Source: the human T2T-CHM13v2.0 reference genome, Homo sapiens
DNA length: 64,000 nt
Direction: 5' to 3' (one strand)
Assembly (NCBI RefSeq): GCF_009914755.1
Contig: NC_060927.1
The translations under genes were made by a program, and so were the position numbers. The notes below the pieces were generated by a model that worked only from the letters and a program-made list of their open reading frames with translations, was not told the DNA's origin and did not search any database. Within the stretch, counting starts at the first letter, position 1; each line of letters starts with the position of its first letter. Below, in pieces: positions 37,346 through 53,001 of this stretch.

Positions 37346-39609
37346 ATTTGTCAATCACCTTTCATCTGAGAAAGGAAAGAGGTGAGGCAAATTTGTCTAG
37401 AGTTAGATTATGTGGAGAATTAAACAGTGATGTAATAGGTTTACTGTTATTCTGGATTCTGCTCTGGACTGATAACCTAACTTTTCTTGAATGCTTTATT
37501 TCTAGAGTACTAGTTGAGACAGTACCAGGGAGACAATAGAAAGTTATTCTCCATCATTTATGTAATTGAAATGAATTTAGACTTCCGAAGGGTAGTCTTA
37601 GGTCCCACAGAATTCCCAGGGGTAGAATTGCAGCTTTGCCAGGTGAGTGGCAACACAACTGTATGTTCTCCAGGAGCAATTCTTTCATGAGCCTGCCAGC
37701 TACTAGACAATATGCCGAAGAGAGGACACCCAAATTATTCTGCTCATCCTTCTTGGGTCCTTGTGATAGTTCCATATTTTCTCCCATTTTTTTTTCAATT
37801 AAATGCACACGTCTTCTTTATTCCTGAGAAACAATGTAATTTCCATAAGAGATTCCCACTTCTGCTAAATAGCACCTCAGCATCATGTAGCCACCATTCA
37901 AAAAATGATTTCCCACAATATTGAACACCAGGAAGCCCACATCCTTACTAGCTTAGAATGTCCCATGTTCTGTGTAGTGTTAGGGAATCTTACGCAGTAT
38001 CCCTGGCCCTCACCTACCTCTTATCCTGACACTGGGGTGATTTCAGTTGAGTCTAAGAAGGAAGGGCTGAATGGGACATAGCTTGATACTTATCCTTTCA
38101 GTCTCCTCAGTCCCAGTTTCCTGAGGCAACACCAACAGAAACTTTTAGTAGATAATGTTACAACATCATTCGCTGTCTGATAATATGTTACAAGACTAGG
38201 AGCTCTAGATCTGGCTAGTGGATGATATATAGGCTTAAGACACATCAGACACCCAGTGAATATCCAAAAAATATTCATCTTATTCTATGACTAAGCCCAT
38301 TTGTTGACTTGTCAAGATTGGCAATGCTGAACTTGATAGTAGAATAACAGGCATAATAACAGGAAATAATATTGAAGAAGAGTGAGATGGGGCAGGCAGC
38401 AGGTAGTGTGTTGACTCCTGAATTCTACAAAGCTGTATAGCCTGGTCAATGATAAGTTAATCATCTTGTGTTCCCCACAAGATCAGATACCTCCCCCTTT
38501 AGACGAAATTTTTCCCTAATTAAATAAAATCTGGTAATGGAAAAGAACATTAAGCAATTATTTGAATAGCTTCAGAAGGATGCAGTGATTATTAGCTGTT
38601 AAGACACATCAACAACAAAAGCAAAAACAGAAAAAATATATGAGGATTTGATTACTCTTCTAGAAAAATGGGATTAGAATACAAGGGAGAATATGAGTAC
38701 AAATGGCAATGTCTTGCTGATACTACTAGAAGTGTGCCTGTTTATTTCTGTTATTCTTCCAAATATGGTCAAATGAATTTTACTGTTTGGTAGGTAGCCT
38801 AAACATTACATCCATCATCTTTTTTCCCTGATTTTTTTCCCTCTTTGAAATTGTTATTAAAATGAGAATAGAATGGTTAGTGCCCATGATCATTATCTTG
38901 CAGAGGCTGGCTTATAAAACAGATTGTTAGTGCCATAAACACAGGCCTGGGAATTCTATCATCCAGTCCCTGATGTGGCATGTCAATTCTCAGGGAATGG
39001 CTTATCTTAAATAGTGTTTGCTGTTATTCATAAATATATAATGACAGTGATCCTTAAGCAAACTTCATCCAAATCACTCAATTCTGCACCAGTAATGACT
39101 GTACACCAAGTAAAAGGCAATAAGAGGCAGTTGCTCTACACTGTTTGTAATATTCGCCATTATTCAAATACTGTTGACTAACCCTTCACAGCTAAAAAGC
39201 TAGTCTCCAAAATTTGGATGGACTAATTCACTGCTGTGGAATTTTTAAATTTCCAAGGTTAAATGAGAAGACACAAAGCAATGACATCAGGAAAATGGAA
39301 TCAGTAATGAAAATAAAAACATTTTAGATGTTTGATGATCAATATTATTTTATCTCAGAATTTATAAAGGTTATTATAAAAACTAAGAAAGGAATATATT
39401 AATATTTAGTTACCCTGTGGATCTAAAAATGAATAAATGGAAAAACATGTTATTCTAGGATCAAGATTCAATATTATAATGATAGCACTTCTCTATAAAA
39501 ATTAGCACAATCTCAACTGAAGTACGAAGATGACCAAAGTTTTACATGGAAAAAAAAGCGCATAGAAAAGTCAGGATAAAAACAAAATAAAATTTAAAAA
39601 AGAAAAGTC

Positions 39610-39950
39610 GGCCAGGTGTGGTGGCCTGGGTTGGATGCTATAGCTCACCCGTAATCCCAATACTTTGGGAGGCTGAGGCTGGCAGATTGCCTGAGTCCAG
39701 GAGGTTGAGACCAGCCTAGACAACATGATGAAACCCTGTCTCTACCATAAAAAAAAAAAAAAAAATAGCCAGGCATGGTGGCACACGCCTGAAGTCCCAG
39801 TTACTCAGGAGGCTGAGGTCAGAGAATTACCTGAGCCTGGGAGGTCAAGGCTTCAGTGAGCCGAGATTCTGCCACTGCACTCCAGCCTGGGCAACCACAG
39901 TGCAGTGAGATCCTGTCTCAAAAAATGAAATAAAATAAAATAAAATAAAA
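39610..39950 (+). mobile_element. AluJ (Jb-like) with about 20 bp extra at the 5' head and a (TAAAA)n tail
   Basis: J diagnostics 'gattgcctgagtccagg' and 'gaggtcaaggcttcagtgagc'. The head reads ggccaggtgtggtggc-ctgggttggatgctatagctcac. Confidence 0.9.
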
Positions 39951-40481
39951 GAAGGGAAACTGAGACTACTAAATATTAAAACATTGAGCTACAATACTTT
40001 ATACAGTTTATAGTGGCTCAGGTTTTCAGAATGACAATGAACAAGGAAAATAATATGGAGAGATAAATACTTCAGGGGATTTAACATTTGATAAGGGTGA
40101 GTAAAAGGTAGATTTTAAAAACATGTTGTTGCAACACTGGTCTAGTATTTTAAAAAATATGACTGGATCCCTTTCTTATATCATACATGAAGATAATGTC
40201 CAAGTAGAAAAAATAATAAATAAATATATAAACAGAAAAAAAGACCAATAAGGATGAAATAGAAATATATAATTTTTTTCCTAAAATACCTGAAGGGGAA
40301 AATTACAACCAAGAAGCCATAAAACATTTGATAAATTTGTATAAAATTTTAAAACTCCTGCCACTTTCCAATTTATCATAAACTAAGCCAAAAGAAAAAT
40401 GATAGTTGTGAAAGCTATTTCTATCCAATATGATAGTCTAAGGATTAATATGTTCAATATTAAAATCATTTTACAAATCAA

Positions 40482-40810
<329 letters not shown>

Positions 40811-42119
40811 TAAACTATTCAATAGAAAAAATGAGAACAATAACATGGACAATTTATAGAAGAACAAAACATCAAAACTGTAAAAATTTAAAACTTTTCT
40901 GCTACATAACACTGAAGGGAAATACATTGAAATACTAGATACACTTTTGGTGGGCATTTACATTGATGCACTTTGTACAATCTTTGGCAATATCCATAAA
41001 AATATGTAATCCGTATTTCCTTTGACCTAACAATTCTATTTCTAAGAACTTATCCTACAGAGATAGTCACCAATTTTGCAAAATATATGTATAAAGGGGT
41101 TCATTGCAACATTCTTCATAATAGCAAAACAAAATAAAACAAACCACACAATAAAAACAAAAACCATGAAAACAACTTCATCTGTAAAAAGAAACAGATT
41201 AAGTCACTACGCACTGATTAAAATGAATGAAGTATGCCTATTTATAATGTGTGCTTAATGTCCTGGTGACACTGTTGTGTAAAAAAAAATCAAATTATGT
41301 AACTGGGAACAGTTTGATCTCGTTTCTGCTTTTTCCTCTTAAAAATGTAAATTTTGTATGAGTTTATATAAGCAAGGAAAAGCTAAACAACATTTCTTCT
41401 AGCTCCTACAACATTCCTGATAAGTAATGTTTGGTACCATTCAGTTGCCTCCAATTTAGAACCTAAACTTTAAGGCCAACCAGTAATTCCCATCCCCATT
41501 TACACAAATCTAACTTATTCAGCTTTAAGAATACCCTGTTGTCTCTTAACTCATCCAAGTATCTTTCCTCTTTAATGTTTCCAGGGACAAATGAGAGCAC
41601 AATACACGCAAGTACAATGGATGAAATATTTATATCGGAAAGCATATGAGTGTTATAGATCAATGGATGTTATATAATGGAGAAGATGCCTAAACCACAG
41701 TGTATAAATAACTGCAGTTTTAAGTACGCAGGCAAGTGAGGAAAAAGTAGAATCCATCATTTCCATCAATATATTAATCCTGCTGAGTCTTCCCACACAG
41801 TTCAGTTAATTCTTAAAAATCCAGAATGTTCAAAGGTGGAAGATTCCAAGAATGGAAGTATTTTCAAGTAACATATGCTGGCTTCTATATTTCTTTAGTG
41901 TTACAAGAAAGAAAAAGGTATTTTTGAATTTGAAGGGATTATGGGTAAAGCTGTAGGGAAGTCAGTCCATCCGGCAATGCCTTAGGTCACTTCAAATGAG
42001 AAGAGTGGAACAAAAGGGATTTGACTGGTCCTCGATAGGATGTTGCCTATTATCATCTCTGAACTGTGTTTATGCAATTTTCCTATCTGATCTTCCCAGG
42101 CAGCATAAATTTGCCATAA

Positions 42120-42355
42120 ATTTGTAGGTTCTGGAATACACAGGTTCTGAAATTTGCCAATTTGCTGCCTACTGATTTGGACAAGTTACTTAACCCCCAA
42201 ACTATAAAATATACCATAATCCTCTCATCTATAAAATGTACCATAAAGCCTATGTCCTAGGGTTGTTGAAAGGATTAAACGATATGAAGAATGCAAAGTG
42301 CTTAGCATGGTGCCTCACACATAGTAAACACTTAGAAGATGCTGTTTCATATTCT
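42120..42355 (+). mobile_element. MIR SINE with a small internal duplication
   Basis: 'ttggacaagttacttaacc...ctcatctataaaatg...gggttgttgaaaggattaaa...aaagtgcttagcatggtgcctcacacatagtaaacact'. The segment 'ctataaaatRtaccataa' occurs twice. Confidence 0.85.
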
Positions 42356-44191
42356 TACTTTCTAATCATCAATTTGAAAATTTCCATCTAATGTGAAGTT
42401 TGTCTGATGTCTTTTTCTTTTATTTCTATACCTAGCACCTATATAAATTAATCTTGAAATATGACAATTCTACATCCCCTTGTGCTTTCAGGTACTTGTT
42501 GATCCTGCCAATCTCCCATAACATGCTAAACAACTACAGGGTACAGGCTGTGCACCTCTTCTGGTTTTTTTCCTCTAAACAGTATCTAGTACATGCACAC
42601 ACAACAAATGGCCAATGAATGATGTCGCCTTAGCTCTCCGACAGCTAGAGAGATGCAGCACTTCCAGGTTGTAATATTTACTGCCCACATCTTACAACTG
42701 AGTAACTAGTTAACCAACCATCCAAAGAAGAAAACAACACGCTGATCAGAACTTATGGTAACAGTTCCTGTGGGTCGATTTCAGAATTCACCTTCTCACT
42801 CAGTGTGTTTAGCTTCTTCTCTAAGAGAGATACAGTGGCTACATGTCACAATTCCCCTTCAGTATATGGGTTGCTGTACAAATAGATGTAATCAGTGAGG
42901 AAGAAGCTGCTTACTTTCTCAAGCTTGGTAAATATCATACCAGAAGATGAGTCATCTTTGCTGGGAGATATATAACAAAATAATTATAGAATGTTTTCAG
43001 GATATGAATACAATATTTACATAGGACATTTCACCCAAGTATAACCACTTGCACATGTATATTGTACCACTAATATTAAAATGTTCATTTAATATTTAAT
43101 AATTAGCAGTAAGGTTATTGTAGTAATATTTCTCTATAAGGATCCTTCTCATATTTCTAGGGAAAAGTGAATAAACTATGTGTCTAATTAAAAATTCCTA
43201 TTGCCTCGCACATCAGACACCAGTTTGATTTCTCCTTTTAGCTGCAGTGAGGTCACACTCCTGCATTTGTGACATAGCAGCAGGTTGTCATGGAGATGAT
43301 AGCTTTATCAGCAACTCTGCTGTGCAATGACTTCACAGCAAGGTTACCAAGAAGCAGATGGGCTGTGAAGGAGACAAACCCTTCTGTCTAAACACAAATA
43401 GCATTGATAATTAATTAGCTGAAGCAGCAGGGGAAATTATGAAAATGTGTGAAAGGTAAAATAATTTCTATTTATTTCAGATTTGATAGTTTTATTCCTC
43501 TTGCCAGAGGAAGATCACATCCCTCTTCACCTTGGGAAGGTTGTCTGATATACTGACTATGGCACTAACTGGTTTGAGTATGCTGGTGTTCACTTTCTGG
43601 ATTTTGATTTCTTGGTTAAGAAAGCATAGTAAGTATAGTAAGTATTCTGAGCAGCTTTGAATGAGATCCCAGCCGTCCTATTATTCTTGCATTCATTGTG
43701 ATCCAGTTGCAAGATAAACTGCAGGTGTCATGCAGTTGATGGGATTTCAGAAGGGGTGGAGATACCTTCCAGTGTCCCTGAAATCACATAATGGTTCTAT
43801 CTGGCATTGAAGAATTTTCAACCACGGGATAATAGAGCTTTAGTTATAGAAACGACTTTACAGACTGTCCTTGTCCAGGGTCTCTGAACAACTAGGTTCT
43901 TGAGATGTTTTGAATAATCAGCTCATATTCATTCAAGATAAAACTGAATAGTTTAACAAGATTTAGTTAAAATATGATCTTCTTTATTATACTTTTAAGT
44001 TCTTAGATACATATGAAGAGCATGCAGCTTTGTTACATAGGTATACGCGTGCCATGGTGGTTTGCTGCACCCATCAACCCATCATCTACCTTAGGTAATT
44101 TTCCTAATACTATCCCTCCCCTAGTCCCCCCATCCCACAACAGGCCCTGGTGTGTGATGTTCCCCTCCCTGTCTCCATGTGTTCTCATTGT

Positions 44192-48257
<4,066 letters not shown>

Positions 48258-48309
48258 TATGATGCTAGCTGGCTATTTTGCCTGTTAGTTGATACAGTTT
48301 CTTCATAGT

Positions 48310-49313
48310 GTCGATGGTCTTTACAATTTGGTATGTTTTTTGCAGTGGCTGGTACTGGTTGTTCCTTTCCATGTTTAGTGCTTCTTTCAGGAGCTCTTTT
48401 AAGGCAGGCCTCATAGTGAGAAAATCTCTCAGCATTTGCTTGTCTGTAAAGGATTTTATTTCTCCTTCATGTATGAAGCTTAGTTTGGCTGTATATGAAA
48501 TTCTGGCTTGAAAATTCTTGTCTTTAAGAATGTTGAATATTGGCCCCCACTCTCTCCTGGCTTGTAGGGTTTCTGCCAGGAGATATGCTGTTAGTCTAAT
48601 GGGCTTTCCTTTGTGGGTAACCCAACCTTTCTCTCTGGCTGCCCTTAACATTTTTTCCTTCATTTCAACCTTGGTGAATCTGACAATTATGTGTCTTGGG
48701 GTTGCTCTTCTTGAGGTGTTCTCTTTATTTTCTGAATTTGAATGTTGGCTCATCTTGCTAGGTTGGGGAAGTTCTCCTGGGTAATATCCTGAAGAGTGTT
48801 TTCCAACTTGGTTCAATTCTTCCCATCACTTTCAGGTACACCAATCAGACGTAAATTTGGTCCTTTCATATAGTCCCATATTTCTTGGAGGCTTTGTTCA
48901 TTCTTTTTTATTATTTTTTCTCTAATCTTATCATCACGCTTTATTTCATTAAGTGATATCCTTCTGCTTGATTGATTCAGCTATTGATACTTGTGTATGC
49001 TTCATGAAGTTCTTGTGCTGTGTTTTTTAGCTCCATCAGGTCATTTATGTTCTTCTCTAAACTGGTTATTCTAGTTAGCAATTCCTCTAACCTTTTTTCA
49101 AGGTTCTTAGCTTCCTTGCAACGGGTTAGAACATACTCCTTTAGCTCGATGGAGTTTGTTATTACTCACCTTCTGAAGCCTACTTCTGTCAATTCATCAA
49201 ACTCCTTCTCCATCCAGTTTTTTGCCCCTTGCTGGCAAGGAGTTGTGATCCTTTGGAGAAGAAACATTCTGCTTTTTGGAATTTTCAGCCTTTTTGTGCT
49301 GTTTTCTCCTCAT
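48310..49313 (-). pseudogene. Disrupted L1 ORF1 (RNA-binding chaperone)
   Basis: MRRKQHKKAENSK start. Later pieces include SRRATPRHIIVRFTKVEMKEKMLRAAREKG, KGKPIRLTA and LKELLKEALNMER. It carries internal deletions and frameshifts. Confidence 0.93.
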
Positions 49314-50894
49314 CTTTGTGGACTTATCTACCTTTGGTCTTTGATGTTGGTGACTTTCAGATGAGGTTTCTGTGTGCACATTCTTTTTGTTGATGTTGAT
49401 GCTATTCCTTTCTGTTTGTTAGTTTTCCTTCTAACAGTTAGGCCCCTCTGCTGCAGGTCTGCTGGAGTTTCCTCGAGGTCTACTCCAGATCTTGTTTGCC
49501 TGGGTATAACCAGCGGAGGATGCAGAACAGCAAAAATTGCTGCCTGTTCCTTCCTCTGGAAGCTTTGTCACAGAGAGGCATGCGCCAGATGCCAGCCAGA
49601 GCTCTCTTGTAAGAGTTGTCTATCAAACCCTGCTGCGAGGTGTCTCCCTGTCAGGAGGCATGGGCATCAGGGACCCACTTGAGGAGGCAGTCTGTCCCTT
49701 AGCAGAGCTCGAGCACTGTGCTGGGAGATCTGCTGCTCTCTTCAGAGCTGGTAGGCAGGAAAGTTTAAGTCTGCTGAAGCTGTGCCCACAGCTGCCCCTT
49801 CCCCCAGGTGCTCTGTCCCAGGGAGATGAGAGTTGTATCTGTAAGCCCCTGACTGGGGCTGCTGCCTTCCTTTCAGAGATGCCCTGCTCAGCGAGGAAAA
49901 CTCTAGAGAGGCAGTCTGGCAGCAGCAGCTCTGCCAAACTGGGGTGGGCTCTGTCCAGTCTGAACTTCTTAGTGGCTTTGTTTAGCCTGTGATGGGAAAA
50001 CCACCTCAGTAATGGTGGATGCCCCTCCCCCCACCAAGCTCGAGCATACCAGGTCGACTTCAGCCTGCTGTGCTGGCAGGCAGAATTTCAAGCCAATGGG
50101 TCTTAGCTTTCTGGGCTCTGTTGGGGTGGAATCTGCTGAGCTAGACCACTTGGCTCCCTGGCTTTAGCCGCCTTTCCAGGGGAGTGAACAGTTCTATCTT
50201 GCTGGCATTCCAGGCACCACTGGGGTATAAAAAAAAAACTCCTGCAGCTAGCTCAGTGTCTGCCCAAACAGCTGCCCAGTTTTGTGCTTGAAACCCAGAG
50301 CCTTGGTGGCATAGGCACTGGAGGGAATCTCCTGGTCTGTGGGTTGCAAAGTCCATGGGAAAAGTGTAGTATCTGGGCCGAAGTGCACTGTTCCTCAAGG
50401 CACAGTCCCTGAAGGCTTCCCTTGGCTAGGGGAGGAAGTTTCCAGACCCCTTGTGCTTCCCGGGTGAGGTGACACACCACCCTGCTTTGGCTCACCAGCC
50501 GTGGGCTGCACCCACTGTCTAACCAGCCCCAGTGAGATGAGCCAGGTACCTCAGTTGGAAATGCAGAAATCACCCGTCTTCTGAGTTGATCTCACTGGAA
50601 GCTGCAGATCAGAGCTGTTCCTGTTCGGCCATTTTAAAATGTGATCTTCTCTACTTCATATTAGAATGTCAACTCAATGTGGTAATACTTATTATTACAA
50701 ACATCTGAAGCGCTAATCGACTGCTCTATGTCTCGGAACAGCTAAAATGGGAGAACAATTTAATTATTACTTGGTTAATGTAGTATGTTGGGTATGAAAA
50801 TATTCTCAAACATATGTTCTTGAAAAAGTAACAAAATAGATAACTGGTAATAAAAAGGTTAGGAATCCTTAATCTAGTCCAAAACTTTACAAAA

Positions 50895-51090
50895 AGGAAA
50901 TGATAATGATGATTAATGTTTAATAAGTGCTTGCTGTGTTCCAGGCACTGAGCTAATATCATTTTACTCCACCTCTTACCCCCACAAAAAACTTGGAGGA
51001 CAGATTTATTATTTTCCTCACTCTACAGATGAAAAGGACTTTAGTAAGGCTTAGAAACTTTAAACGTCTTGCACAGCTAATATTTGTCAT
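50895..51090 (-). mobile_element. MIR SINE
   Basis: 'atgtttaataagtgcttgctgtgttccaggcactgagctaa...tattattttcctcactctacagatga'. Confidence 0.75.
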
Positions 51091-52477
51091 GAAGAGGTTA
51101 TGTGACTTTTGTACATGCTATGACAATCTAAATTATTCTAATTTTCCAACTGATTGATGTATATTATCACCATTTTATGCTTTTTGCTACTTTGTTTTAG
51201 ATCAGTCCTATTAAGGAGAAATGAGTATATTATTCATCCCTTTCTTTCTTTCATATATAGTACCCACTTGCTAGGTAAAATCTCTGATGAAAGCACATTT
51301 TTCCTTTGTAATAAAGACAGCAGGACATAGCTTTCCTGATACGGTACTGACCCCCTTTCTCCACCTCATCTGAAACACATCCTCTGTCTCCGCCTTCTTG
51401 GTAGAAAGCACTAAGGGGGAGATGATGTATAATTACTTGTCTGGTAGGGTTTTAAATTATGTGAGCAACTGTCTGTCTACAAAAAAATGTAGCTATCCAT
51501 TCTTTCCTCAGTCAGTATATGATAAGAACTTTGGGAAGTGAAAAGAACTTTAAGGTAGTTTGAAATGAATGACCTAGAGATTCAATGATTTATGTCCACT
51601 ATCTGATTTTCTCTGAGGAAATGACTAATTTCCCAAGCCTGCAAAGAAAGAACATGAAACAAACAACAAATTTCAAAGATGAAACTAAATACACTCCAGA
51701 ATCAGAAAGGACATGTTCAGTCTGAGCCAACCGTCACATCTTTAACCCTTCCATCTGTTGATGTACATTAGAAAAAGGAAGAGAAAAAAAAACAACAAAC
51801 TACATCCAGCCTGTTAGCTGGGTAATTTAATTTTCATGTTATTTGTGAGCTGGTGAGGCATGCTTACCTCTCTGTGTGTAAGCATTGAGGCTGGCAATTA
51901 ACCCTGTTCCCTTTAGCAATCAAATTTGTTTGGGGACTTCACTCAAAGCCATCTCAAACTGAGCACTATGCTAATGACCTGTACTGGGCTTGACTACTGT
52001 GGAAGCGCAAAGGATGGCAGGCAGGATGGTGCGGGCTTTTCTTTCAAAAATACCTTTATGTATATAACTCATTAGACCAAACAGAAAAACATGGTGGTTG
52101 GAGAGATTATTGAAATGGTATTTTAAAAGTTTTATTTCCGTTTTCTTTTCATATTTTTTCCAGCTTTATTGAGGCATAACCAAAATGACCTTTGTGATAT
52201 TTCATGTGTTCTTTATTATCTTTCTCTATGTTTCTGTTTTCCCATATCTCTTTGTGTCTCATACTAGAAGATTATTTTAGTTATAAAGAAAAACACCTGA
52301 ACCTTCATTAAAGATGTAAACCCAGATTTGGGGGAGGGAGGATTCTAGAATGTCTCCTCAGAGGCCCCTTTCTCAGCTGTTGAGGATCGCTTTTTAATGT
52401 TATAAGAAAAGCATAGCCCTGAGATGTTTGACCAATATGGCCCTCAGGTGGGTGAGTTTAGAGAACCTCATGTTTTT

Positions 52478-52719
52478 CATGGGTGTCCAGTCTTTTGGCT
52501 TCCCGGGGCCACATTAGAAGAAAAACAATTGTCTTGGGCCACACATAAAATACACTAACACTAACAATAGCTGATAAGCAAAAAACAAACAAACAAAACA
52601 AAACAAAACCTCAAAAAAGTCTCATAATGTTTTAAGCAAGTTTACGAATTTGCATTGGGCCACATTCAAAGCCGTCCAGGACTGCATGCAGAGCACGGGC
52701 CACAGGAAGGACAAGGCTG
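52478..52719 (+). mobile_element. MER30 hAT-Charlie MITE
   Basis: 'gggtgtccagtcttttggcttcccggggccacatt...cacataaaatacactaacactaac...ggacaaggctg'. Confidence 0.9.
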
Positions 52720-52829
52720 TTTTAGAGCTTTAATCCACTTTCACCCACAGTTTTGATTACTGGACTGATAAGATTCTGAATTACTCTCTGCCTCTGTCCA
52801 CCCCAAATCAGCACAGCTGTGAGGCATGT

Positions 52830-53001
52830 AAAGCCTTCCTACTCCAGATTTGGTCTACTCACCAGCAGCATCTCCATCGCCTAAGAGTTTTATTAGACAT
52901 GCGCAACGTCAAGCCCTACTCCAGACACACCGAATTAGAACCTGCATTTTAACAAGATCCCCAGTGACTCATATACAAACAAAAGACTGAGAAGCACAGG
53001 C
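52830..53001. mobile_element. MER5A hAT-Charlie MITE
   Basis: 'accagcagcatc...ttagacatgc...gaattagaacctgcattttaacaagatccccagtgactcatat...tgagaagcac'. Confidence 0.85.
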
